17,733 nt of DNA, taken from assembly GCA_050124795.1 (NCBI GenBank), contig JASFEO010000017.1:1-17733 (forward strand), written 5' to 3'. The notes under the pieces were generated by a model. That model did no database searches. It was not told the origin of the DNA and saw nothing but the letters and a program-made list of their open reading frames with translations. The stretch comes from Candidatus Pacearchaeota archaeon. Its GTDB lineage: Archaea; Nanobdellota; Nanobdellia; Pacearchaeales; GW2011-AR1. The position numbers and the translations under genes are program-made. Of this stretch, positions 7,783 through 16,553 are shown piece after piece. Each line of letters opens with the position of its first letter. Position 1 is the first letter of the stretch.

Positions 7783-9131
7783 AATCTCTTTAAAACACTC
7801 CCTCCATCTTTGTCTTCAATAACAAAACCCTTTTCTTTTATTTCATCCCTGTATTTGTCAGCAGTTGTAAAATCTTTTTCCTGCCTTGCCTTATTTCTTT
7901 TTTCTAATAATTCATTAACTTCTTTTGGGATTTTAACTTTTTCTTCTCGTCCTAAGTCAAGACCAAAGACTTTATCAAATTCTAAAACACACTTATATTT
8001 CTCAGAGTCAGTTAATTTGTCATCTCGCAAAATTTCCCACATATAAGAAATCCCTCTCGGCAAATTCAAATCATCATTAATAAAATCAATAAATTCTTTT
8101 TTTACTAATTCAACTTTTTTAAAATTTACTCTTTCTTTTGATTCTTTTAATTCACTTAAAATATTTCTTAATCTTGAAAGTGCGTTTTTTGCTGCGCCGA
8201 GATGCTTCATTGTAAAATCAAGAGGTTTTCTATAATGAGTTAGCAAACATAAATATCTAAAATCTAAAGGAGAATATCCTTTCTGTTCTAAATCATTCAA
8301 ATAAAAAACATTACCAAGAGATTTTGACATTTTGTCCTTCATTGTAAGCATCCCGCCGTGAATCCAATATTTAACAAATTGTTTTCCTGTTGCGCATTCG
8401 CTTTGCGCGATTTCATTTGTGTGATGCGGAAAGATTAAATCTGCTCCTCCGGTATGTATGTCAATTGTTTCCCCCAAAATTTTCATACTCATTGCAGAAC
8501 ATTCAATGCTCCATCCAGGACGCCCTTTTCCAATTTCAGTTTCCCAAAAAGCATCGCCGTCATCATCTGTATAAAATTTCCATAATGCAAAGTCCCTTAC
8601 ATTTTCCTTGTCATATTCATCATTGCTTATTCTTTCTTTTGTTTCCTTTAAATTTTTCAGCTTGGCTAATTTCCCATAACTTTTGAATTTGCCAACAGAG
8701 AAATAAATCCCGTCAGATGCCTTATATGCATACCCTTTTTCCAGAAGTTCTTCTATCAATTTCACCATTTCATTAATATTATCAGTTGCTCTTAAAAGAT
8801 AGTCTGGTTTTTTTATATTAAGTGAATTTATATCCTCAAGAAAAATTTTTTCATATTTTCGAGTAAATTCTTTCAGGGAAATTCCCTCTTTCTTACTTCC
8901 CTTTATTGTTTTGTCATCAACATCTGTTGTATTCATAACAAAAGTAACTTTATACCCCAAAAAGCTAAGACTTCTTCTGACAAAATCATTCAATAAATTT
9001 GTCCTGTGATTTCCGATATGAACATAATTATAAACTGTGGGTCCGCACCCATAAATTCCAGTTTTACCCTCGACAATGGGTTTAAAGATTTCTTTTTTTC
9101 TTGTCAGAGTATTGTATAATTTCAAAACCAT
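7779..9131 (-). CDS. cysS: Cysteine--tRNA ligase
   Basis: YGCGPTVY, HIGN, TDVDDK, DFALWK, GRPGWSIECSAM, DIHTGGADLIFPHHTNE, KMSKSLGN and anticodon domain AR..KDF..AD..RD. Confidence 0.98.
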   Translation of the reverse strand: MVLKLYNTLTRKKEIFKPIVEGKTGIYGCGPTVYNYVHIGNHRTNLLNDFVRRSLSFLGYKVTFVMNTTDVDDKTIKGSKKEGISLKEFTRKYEKIFLEDINSLNIKKPDYLLRATDNINEMVKLIEELLEKGYAYKASDGIYFSVGKFKSYGKLAKLKNLKETKERISNDEYDKENVRDFALWKFYTDDDGDAFWETEIGKGRPGWSIECSAMSMKILGETIDIHTGGADLIFPHHTNEIAQSECATGKQFVKYWIHGGMLTMKDKMSKSLGNVFYLNDLEQKGYSPLDFRYLCLLTHYRKPLDFTMKHLGAAKNALSRLRNILSELKESKERVNFKKVELVKKEFIDFINDDLNLPRGISYMWEILRDDKLTDSEKYKCVLEFDKVFGLDLGREEKVKIPKEVNELLEKRNKARQEKDFTTADKYRDEIKEKGFVIEDKDGGSVLKRL

Positions 9132-9167
9132 AGATTAATCATGAAAATCTAGTTTAAATAAATTTAT

Positions 9168-9719
9168 TTATTCAGATTTTATTGTCAGGATTACATCAGT
9201 TGATGCTCCGTAAATTTCTGAGCCTTTTTTAATGTCAACAGTGTAGACTATCTGGCAGGGCATTGTTGTTTCGGGAATATTGAATTTAATAAATATTGGA
9301 TCGTCCATAAATGAACCTGCAGGGATGATGATGCCTTTTCTTTCTCTGTTTAATGAAATTAAATCTTCTGCTTCAGAGAGTCTCATGTCGCAACTTGCCT
9401 GCTGGGCATTAATTTCATAAGAAAATTTATCTTCGTCTCCGACGTTTCTGATTGAAAGCCCGAAACCCCTTGAATCTTCTCCTTTTTTGATTGTGATTTC
9501 TCTTGTCGGGGGGTAAATTATAACTTTTTTATTTTCATTTTCTGAGAATAATTTTTCAATTTCTGATTTAACAGCCTGGTCAATTCCTTCTATATTTTCA
9601 GTGCTACTTTTAAAAATTGTTCTGACGAGAACTAAACCTAGAATTAAAACAGTCATTAGTAAAACTATTGTAACAATTGTTCCAACGCTCATTTCCATTG
9701 CTGCTTTTTTTTGTTTCAT
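9168..9719 (-). CDS. Type IV pilin-like protein with class III signal peptide
   Basis: MKQKKA/AMEMSVGTIVTIVLLMTVLILGLVLV: basic leader, small residue at the cleavage site, hydrophobic helix, then a beta-rich domain with two Cys. Confidence 0.7.
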   Translation of the reverse strand: MKQKKAAMEMSVGTIVTIVLLMTVLILGLVLVRTIFKSSTENIEGIDQAVKSEIEKLFSENENKKVIIYPPTREITIKKGEDSRGFGLSIRNVGDEDKFSYEINAQQASCDMRLSEAEDLISLNRERKGIIIPAGSFMDDPIFIKFNIPETTMPCQIVYTVDIKKGSEIYGASTDVILTIKSE

Positions 9720-9720
9720 T

Positions 9721-9990
9721 TTAAAATTGACTGAATTGCTGATTTAATGCAGGAGATAAGACTTTTATAAGAATGATAAGATAAACAATGCTAAGAACAA
9801 TGCCGATGATTCCGATTATTATTCCTGCTTTTGCGAGTTTGTTGGGGTTTTTCTTTTGCTGAATATAACAGAAAATTATCCCAATGATTGACATCACGAT
9901 TCCGAGATATCCTGTAAAAATAATCCCGATCACTGCGAGAGTAAAACCGGAAATTCCAAGTCCTTCGCTTAAATTTTTTTTATCTTTCAT
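9721..9990 (-). CDS. Small two-helix membrane protein (DUF4190-like)
   Basis: Two hydrophobic segments linked by QQKKNPNKLAKAGIIIGIIG; SD GAGGA and TTTATAAA box upstream; 1 nt from the pilin-like gene, so a likely operon. Confidence 0.75.
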   Translation of the reverse strand: MKDKKNLSEGLGISGFTLAVIGIIFTGYLGIVMSIIGIIFCYIQQKKNPNKLAKAGIIIGIIGIVLSIVYLIILIKVLSPALNQQFSQF

Positions 9991-10093
9991 TTTCCTCTTT
10001 TATATTTAATTAAAAAAACAGTTTTTATAAATGTTTTGGGAATCCGCCAGAAAGTTATATTCAATAAATTATAATCCAGATCCTCCCAGAATA

Positions 10094-10116
10094 ATAAGGA
10101 TTTTTAAAATCCTTAT
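10094..10116. repeat. 11-bp perfect inverted repeat immediately 3' of tRNA-Phe
   Basis: ATAAGGATTTT-T-AAAATCCTTAT. Confidence 0.6.
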
Positions 10117-10117
10117 A

Positions 10118-10189
10118 TGGGACGGGGGGGAGTCGAACCCCCGACACCATGATCTTCAGTCATGTGCTCTCCCGCTGAGCTACCGTCCC
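10118..10189 (-). tRNA. trnF: tRNA-Phe (GAA), intronless, CCA not encoded
   Basis: Reverse complement folds as GGGACGG TA GCTC AGCGGGA GAGC A CATGA CTGAAGA TCATG GTGTC GGGGG TTCGACT CCCCC CCGTCCC A; own TATA-like TTTAAAAA about 25 nt upstream. Confidence 0.97.
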
Positions 10190-10274
10190 TTAAGAAAAAA
10201 GAACAACAAGAGTTTTTTAAATGTTGCCAATCATAATAATTTTCTTAAACTAAAGATATAAAATTAAAAAATAA

Positions 10275-10590
10275 ATAACCCGAGGATAGGCCACCTTCTG
10301 TCGAACTTCATAATTGAACAATTCGTGTTGACATTTAACTAAGCGTCTCTATGGACTTGCACCAATCAGGGCGGCTGTTTCATCAAATCCTAGTCATTCA
10401 AAGTTCCACGCAAGTTTCATAACTCATAACTGGCTGTGTCATTTCTTTTCCGTTGCCGTGCCTTGCGACACCAATCCTTTCGGAAAGTGATTTGTTTGCG
10501 GCGGGCGGACCTTCCTCAGAAATCAGTTTTGATATTTCCAAAACTCGCTGAATTAACAGCAGATTTCCGTAATCAACTGCCTCGGGTTAT
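10275..10590 (-). ncRNA. rnpB: Archaeal RNase P RNA
   Basis: P1 ATAACCCGAGG/CCTCGGGTTAT; CR-I GAGGAAGGTCCGCC pairs with CR-V ACAGAAGGTGGCCTA (P4 with bulged U); P2 GTTGAT/GTCAAC; CR-III TGAAAC; CR-IV GCTTAGTTAAATG; GNRA-capped P8 and P9. Confidence 0.93.
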
Positions 10591-10718
10591 AAAATTAAAG
10601 AGAAGTTTAGGTTTTTAAGTTTTGTGATTTTGATTTTTCTGTTTATCAAACTAAACACTTGTTTAAAGAATTAAACACTTTCAATTAATTTAATAAATAC
10701 TTTTTTCCTATTTCTTTT

Positions 10719-13373
10719 ATGAAAAATTTTCATGCAAAAACAAAAGAGGCGATATTCGAAGAACTGAAAACTTCTGAAAAAGGTCTTTCGAAAGTTGAGG
10801 CTAAAAAAAGGCTTCACAGCCACGGACCAAATATTATTATGAAGGGTAAAAAGAAATCTGCTATTCTAAAATTTTTAAAACAATTTAACAGCCCGTTAAT
10901 TTACATTCTTTTTATTGCAATGATTATCTCGTTTTATTTTGGACATTTAATCGACGGATATGTAATTCTTGCAGTTGTTATTATTAACGCAGCCATTGGA
11001 TTTATCCAGGAAAGAAAAGCAGAGAGAGCAATTGATGCATTAAAGAAATTAATTGTTTCCTACGCAAAGGTTTATCGGGGGGGCGAGGAAATAAAAGTTC
11101 GGGCTGAAGAGCTTGTGCCGGGAGATATAATTTACCTGGAAGAAGGAGACAAGGTTCCTGCTGATTGCAGATTGATTGAATTAAAAAATTTCAGAACTCA
11201 GGAATCTTCTTTAACAGGAGAGTCATTGCCGCAGGAAAAAAAATTAAAGGCGCTTGATAAATCTGTAACCTTAGCAGATAGAATAAATATGGTTTTTATG
11301 AGCACCTTGGTTGTTTCAGGTGAGGCAAAAGCTATTGTTGTTGAAACTGCAAATAAAACTGCGATTGGAAAAATTGCAAAATCAATTCAGGAAGTTGTTC
11401 AGCCGAAGATGCATTTTAGTGAAAAGGTCTCACAGCTTGCAATTCAAATGGCAATCTTTGCGGCTATCGGAGCAGGCTTAACTTTCTTAATTGGTTTTTT
11501 TATTGAAGGCATGAAATTTTTTGATATCTTTTTATTTACAATTGCTTCATTAGTCTCAGGGATTCCCGAGGGTCTGCCTGCGGTTTTGGTAATTGTCCTC
11601 GCTGTTGGAGCAAGAAGAATGGCTAAGAGGAACGCAGTAATCAGGCACTTGCCTGCAGTTGAAACTTTAGGTGTTGCAACAGTAATTGCAACAGACAAAA
11701 CAGGAACCATAACTCAAAATTCATTAACAGTTGAAAATATAATCTCTGATGGGGGGATTATTAATGTAACAGGGAATGGATGGGCGCCTTTGGGAAAATT
11801 CTCAAAAGGGAAAAATTTAATCAATCCTTTAAAAAATAAAATCCTAAAAAAAACTCTTTCTGTTTCAACAATTTGCAACAAGGGAAATCTTTTGCGAAAA
11901 GACGGAGACTATGAAATAATCGGCGACCCAACAGAAGTTTCTTTACTTGTGCTTGGAAAGAAAGCCGGACTTGAAAAAGAAAAAATAAATGAAAAAATTA
12001 TTGACGACTTTCCTTTTAGCGCGGAAAATAAATTCCGGGCAACACTTGTTGAATTGAATAATAAAAAAGAAATTTATTCTGTCGGAGCATTTGAGAAAAT
12101 TTTAGACAAGTCTGAATATATTTTTACTGAGGGAGGAAAAAAGTTATTAACTGAAAAAGATAAAAAAGATTATTTAAAAAAAGGAGAAAAGTTTGCTTCA
12201 AGGGGAATGAGAGTTTTGGGAATTGCTTATCGCGAGATTCCAAAGAATATAAATTCTGTTTCAAAAGATTTAGTTAATAATTTAATTTTTGTTTCATTAG
12301 TTGTCATGAAGGATCCCCCCCGACGAGAAATAAAGGAATCAATTGAAAAAGCAAAAAAAGCAGGAATTAGAATTATCATGAAAACAGGGGACCATAAAGA
12401 AACTGCAATTGCAATTGCAAAAGAAATTGGTCTTGTGAAGGGAAATGCAAAAGCTTTGACACAGGAAGAACTTGAAAAAATGACTGACAAAGAATTTAGT
12501 GATTCAGTCAGGATTGTAAATATTTTTGCGCGGGTAACACCCAAGATGAAATTAAAAATTATTCAGGAATTGCAAAATCAGGGGGAGGTTGTTGCAATGT
12601 CCGGCGACGGTGTGAATGATGCGCCCGCATTAAAGTCTGCTGACATTGGAATTTCAATGGGGATAATCGGAACAGATGTTGCAAGGGAATCTTCAGAAAT
12701 TGTTTTAACTGACGACAATTTTGCATCTATTGTAAATGCAGTTGAAGAGGGAAGAATTGTTTTCCAAAATATCAGGCAGACAAGTTTTTATTTAATCACG
12801 ACAAATGTTGCAGAAGATTTGACAATTGTTTCTTCAATTGGTCTTGGACTTCCTTTGCCAATGCTTCCTGTTCAGCTTTTATATTTAAATCTTGTGACAG
12901 ATACTTTTAATGGAATTGCGCTCTCAATGGAACCCGGGCATCATGATGTTTTGAATCAACCCCCGAGAGACAAAAAAGAAAAAATTTTGAATAAAGAAGT
13001 ATTTGGGTTTTTAATTTTAATGGCAGGCCTTATGGTTGTCGGGACAATCCCTTTATTTAGACATTTTTTACCGGATGTTGACAAGGCGCGAACAGTTGCA
13101 TTTACTGCAATGAGCATGTTTCAGCTATTCAATGTCCTGAATATGAGGTCACTAAAAAAGTCAATTTTCAAAATAGGATTTTTTTCAAATAAATGGATTA
13201 CCTTTGCCTTACTTGGTTCATTTGCTTTAATGCTCGGAGTTTTGTATTCGCCAGGGTTAAGTTCAATTTTTAATTTTGTTCATTTAAGTTTGAAAGAATT
13301 TTTATTTATAACTTTAATTTCATCTTCGATTTTTATTGTCGGCGAAGTTTACAAGTTTTTTAGGTATAGATAA
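10719..13373 (+). CDS. Cation-transporting P-type ATPase, P2A (probable Ca2+-ATPase)
   Basis: LTGES, IPEGLP, DKTGT, DPPR, TGD and GDGVNDAPAL; M5 TTNVAE and M6 NLVTD carry SERCA-type Ca ligands. Confidence 0.95.
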   Translation: MKNFHAKTKEAIFEELKTSEKGLSKVEAKKRLHSHGPNIIMKGKKKSAILKFLKQFNSPLIYILFIAMIISFYFGHLIDGYVILAVVIINAAIGFIQERKAERAIDALKKLIVSYAKVYRGGEEIKVRAEELVPGDIIYLEEGDKVPADCRLIELKNFRTQESSLTGESLPQEKKLKALDKSVTLADRINMVFMSTLVVSGEAKAIVVETANKTAIGKIAKSIQEVVQPKMHFSEKVSQLAIQMAIFAAIGAGLTFLIGFFIEGMKFFDIFLFTIASLVSGIPEGLPAVLVIVLAVGARRMAKRNAVIRHLPAVETLGVATVIATDKTGTITQNSLTVENIISDGGIINVTGNGWAPLGKFSKGKNLINPLKNKILKKTLSVSTICNKGNLLRKDGDYEIIGDPTEVSLLVLGKKAGLEKEKINEKIIDDFPFSAENKFRATLVELNNKKEIYSVGAFEKILDKSEYIFTEGGKKLLTEKDKKDYLKKGEKFASRGMRVLGIAYREIPKNINSVSKDLVNNLIFVSLVVMKDPPRREIKESIEKAKKAGIRIIMKTGDHKETAIAIAKEIGLVKGNAKALTQEELEKMTDKEFSDSVRIVNIFARVTPKMKLKIIQELQNQGEVVAMSGDGVNDAPALKSADIGISMGIIGTDVARESSEIVLTDDNFASIVNAVEEGRIVFQNIRQTSFYLITTNVAEDLTIVSSIGLGLPLPMLPVQLLYLNLVTDTFNGIALSMEPGHHDVLNQPPRDKKEKILNKEVFGFLILMAGLMVVGTIPLFRHFLPDVDKARTVAFTAMSMFQLFNVLNMRSLKKSIFKIGFFSNKWITFALLGSFALMLGVLYSPGLSSIFNFVHLSLKEFLFITLISSSIFIVGEVYKFFRYR

Positions 13374-13432
13374 AAAATAATTTTGTAGGGAATAAGAGAA
13401 AAATTTATAATTAATATTTTATATTTAAATCA

Positions 13433-16171
13433 ATGAAAAAGGGCTTGAGCACAGTTGTTACAACTTTAATAATAATTCTTTTAGTTTTAATTGCAATTGG
13501 AATTGTTTGGATTATTATAGCTAACTTAGTTAATGAAGGAAGTGAGCAGATTTTTCTTGATAAATTCACAACTAATCTTAATATAAAAAATGTGGCTGTT
13601 GATAATCTGACTAACTCTGTTAACATTAATGTTAAAAGAAATGTTGGCAAGGGTGACCTGAAAGGAATAAAATTTATTTTTAATGATGGACAGAATTCAG
13701 AGGTTGTTGAGAATTTTACAACCATTAATGAACTGGAGGAAAAGAAATTTCATTTTATTTTAAATGATCTGAATATTGAGGATATTCAGACAATTTCCAT
13801 TGCGCCGGTATATAAGAGCAAATCAGGAAAAGAAATATATTCTAATGTAATTGATACTTATCTTTTTTCTGATATTGAATTTATTAATACGAATAATGAT
13901 CAAGAAGGATTAATTTTTTATGAATCATTTGATACGTTGGAATCAATTAACCAAAATAATGGAACTTATTCTGGGATTTCTATTGAAGAAGGAAAATTTG
14001 GCAATGCGATCAGGATAAATGACTCAGATACATTAAGTTTCCCTACCCGAGGGAATATGGTGTTGGAAAAGGGGGCAATTGAATTTTGGTTTAAACCCTC
14101 TTGGGAAGGGAATGACACCAGGAGATATCAATTCTTTAATTGGAAAAAAGATTTTGCAGAGTTTAGGATATTCAAATATTATGGAACGCAAAGTTATTTC
14201 GTTTTTAGAATTGATGATGCCGATGATGATTGGGCAGAACTTTCCACGATTTCAGATGAACCAAATATTGTAGGGGAATGGAAACCGAATGAATGGCACC
14301 ATTTTATGGCATCATGGGATTTTGAATCAGAAGATGAAAATATGTTTTTCGCATTAGATAAAAATTATATACTTTTACGATCCTTTAATGGAACATTTGA
14401 TGGAATGCCCAGCTTATTTGAGATAGGGCATATGGCAGGGAATCGTCAGGCAGAATCATTGATTGATGAATTAAAAATTTATAATTATAGCAAACTTTCC
14501 AGATTAAATGAACCAGAATTTTTAATGGGTTTTACCTGTGGAAATGAAATCTGGGAAGAATATGAAACATCAGATAATTGCCCGGGAGATATTTCTCAAT
14601 TAAATGAGAGCATATCCCCGGATGAAGATTATTTATTTTTTGAGAAACCTGCTTTTGAAAAAGTTTTTGAAGGAACCATCCCAGATGAAGGGGGCATAAC
14701 AGACATATTTAATTTTAGAATAGCTAAAAATAAATTTGAACCTTTATTTTTCAATATTTATAGTAGAGAAGATTTGGGGAGAACTGTTGTTTCATATTCA
14801 GATTTCATTGGCTCAGAAGGAACAATCCCAAAAGAAGATGCAAAAATCAGGGTGGTAAAAAATTGGTTTCAGTCAGGAGTAGGCCCAACAAAAACATTTT
14901 TCCCAACTTATACACCGGAGTTATTAATCAGCGACGATACTTTGAATTTTGAAGGCAATAATTATAGTTATATGAATCTTCCTTCGTTTCCTAAACAAGA
15001 TTATGCAGTATCAGATATCCCTGCCAATACTTCAAGACAATTTTTAATAATCCTAAAAATCCAAAATAGCACTTCTGCGGGGAACTATACTTCAACAATC
15101 ACAGTCGCTCCAAATAATTTCCCAGAAAAAACTTTTGATATAAATATTGAAATCCTGCCATTTTCATTAGAAGAGTCAAGTAAAGATAATATGATTTATT
15201 ATCAAGGAAAAATTTCTTTTGAAGATAGTCAGGATCATGTCAGCACTAATCGGTTTGAAAAACAAATCCAGGATATTGTTGATCATGGATTTAATTCGGC
15301 AACGCTTTACCCTGAAGAAGCATTAAATTATTATGAACAAAAATTAGTATTTATGAAAAATGCCGGAATAAAGAATCTCGCGGTTTTTATGTCAAATAGC
15401 GATGAGTTAAAAAATCTTTCAGAGCAGTATGGATATGAGCCATATTTTTATGGAGTTGATACCCCAAACAATGATGCAGATCTTATATTGCATATTCAAA
15501 GATCAATTGATATACACAATTTAGGGGGGAGGGTTATTACATCTGTAACAAAAACAACTGCGGATAGATTGAAAAATCCAGGAGATCCAATTTATTTGAA
15601 TTTCCCTGGAGGAACTTATGAACCTCTTGATTATTCTAATCTTGCGATTAATAGTGCTAATGTAAGAACTTATCTTCAATCATTAATCTCAGGGCAGGGA
15701 ATAAAGGAAGATAATGAAACTTATTATTGGCAGATTATGCAGGAAGACCCAAAAATTAACAGGTTTCTATCTGGATTTTATTTATATTTAACAGGGTTGA
15801 ATGGAATATTCCCTTATGTTTATCAAGGGGTTATTAATAATCCTTATGATGATTTTGATGAATGGTATTCAACATTAAGGGACCATCTGGCAACATACCC
15901 CAGCCAAGAAGGACCAATAACAACAATGCAATGGGAAGCTTTGCGTGAAGGAATTGATGACAATAGGTATCTTGAAAAATGGAATAAAACAAAAGAGCAA
16001 GTTAAGTTGATTAATTCTTCAATTGCCCAAGAATCTGAAAATAGAATAAACAACACTTTGGATAAGTATAAAGATTATAATAATGGGTTGTCTCTTTCAG
16101 TTTCGCAATTTAATGAAGATAGAGAGACAGTAAAAGATGAGATAATTTTTCTTATGCAATATTTACCTTAA
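13433..16171 (+). CDS. Surface protein: class III signal/pilin-like N-terminus + LamG/concanavalin-like domain + GH123/DUF4091-like domain
   Basis: MKKG/LSTVVTTLIIILLVLIAIGIVW; GKFGNAI...GAIEFWFKP...NEWHHF..SWD...IDELKIYN (LamG); Cys linker CGNEIWEEYETSDNCPGD; SAGNYTSTITV Ig-like segment; C-terminal YPS...TMQWEALREGIDDNRYL (DUF4091-like). Confidence 0.8.
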   Translation: MKKGLSTVVTTLIIILLVLIAIGIVWIIIANLVNEGSEQIFLDKFTTNLNIKNVAVDNLTNSVNINVKRNVGKGDLKGIKFIFNDGQNSEVVENFTTINELEEKKFHFILNDLNIEDIQTISIAPVYKSKSGKEIYSNVIDTYLFSDIEFINTNNDQEGLIFYESFDTLESINQNNGTYSGISIEEGKFGNAIRINDSDTLSFPTRGNMVLEKGAIEFWFKPSWEGNDTRRYQFFNWKKDFAEFRIFKYYGTQSYFVFRIDDADDDWAELSTISDEPNIVGEWKPNEWHHFMASWDFESEDENMFFALDKNYILLRSFNGTFDGMPSLFEIGHMAGNRQAESLIDELKIYNYSKLSRLNEPEFLMGFTCGNEIWEEYETSDNCPGDISQLNESISPDEDYLFFEKPAFEKVFEGTIPDEGGITDIFNFRIAKNKFEPLFFNIYSREDLGRTVVSYSDFIGSEGTIPKEDAKIRVVKNWFQSGVGPTKTFFPTYTPELLISDDTLNFEGNNYSYMNLPSFPKQDYAVSDIPANTSRQFLIILKIQNSTSAGNYTSTITVAPNNFPEKTFDINIEILPFSLEESSKDNMIYYQGKISFEDSQDHVSTNRFEKQIQDIVDHGFNSATLYPEEALNYYEQKLVFMKNAGIKNLAVFMSNSDELKNLSEQYGYEPYFYGVDTPNNDADLILHIQRSIDIHNLGGRVITSVTKTTADRLKNPGDPIYLNFPGGTYEPLDYSNLAINSANVRTYLQSLISGQGIKEDNETYYWQIMQEDPKINRFLSGFYLYLTGLNGIFPYVYQGVINNPYDDFDEWYSTLRDHLATYPSQEGPITTMQWEALREGIDDNRYLEKWNKTKEQVKLINSSIAQESENRINNTLDKYKDYNNGLSLSVSQFNEDRETVKDEIIFLMQYLP

Positions 16172-16223
16172 TTAAAAATTTATTTGGCAAAAAACTTATA
16201 AAGTCTTAGATTACTAAAGAATT

Positions 16224-16479
16224 ATGGGAAAACTTAAGGATTTCAGAGAGAGATATTCAGAATCCAAAATGCGGAAAGTTTCTCACTTATATTCAAGGAG
16301 GAGTGGATTTTGCAGCCCTATTTAAAACTATAAACTATTTACAGGAAAGCACTACAACATCATTAACCGAATTAATATTTATTTGGGGTGCTACTGCATT
16401 AATACATCCAGTTGCTTGTGCACAAGGAAGGAATAATGAATTAAAAGAATCAAATTTAGTAGAAAAATCTTATAATTAA
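16224..16479 (+). pseudogene. Frameshifted small (~85 aa) putative membrane-protein gene, absent from the ORF track
   Basis: BRE/TATA AAAACTTATAAA (16191-16202) lies before ATG 16224. That frame stops after 33 codons, but the +1 frame is open to TAA 16477-16479 (DIQNPKCGKFLTYIQGGVDFAALF...ELIFIWGATALIHPVACA...SNLVEKSYN). Confidence 0.55.
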
Positions 16480-16553
16480 TTTTTTAGAAAATATTTTTTA
16501 TAAAAACTTTTAAAAACTTCAATTGATTATATTAATCAAGAGAGAGTGATAAA

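Noticed and set aside
10118-10189. tRNA as attachment site of an integrated element
   Set aside because: No duplicated tRNA 3' end and no integrase seen in the window.
10031-10261. 76-aa + strand ORF
   Set aside because: Antisense shadow of tRNA-Phe (WDGGESNPRHHDLQSCALPLSYRP is a typical reverse-tRNA translation).
10436-10618. 60-aa + strand ORF
   Set aside because: Antisense to the RNase P RNA.
973-16056. Short opposite-strand or alternate-frame ORFs (973, 1275, 4239, 4806, 5777, 6339, 6574, 7132, 7188, 7488, 7771, 8390, 11444, 12227, 13411, 14079, 15844)
   Set aside because: They lie largely within well-supported genes, carry no motifs, and mostly show the F/L/I/S-rich composition typical of antisense frames in AT-rich DNA.
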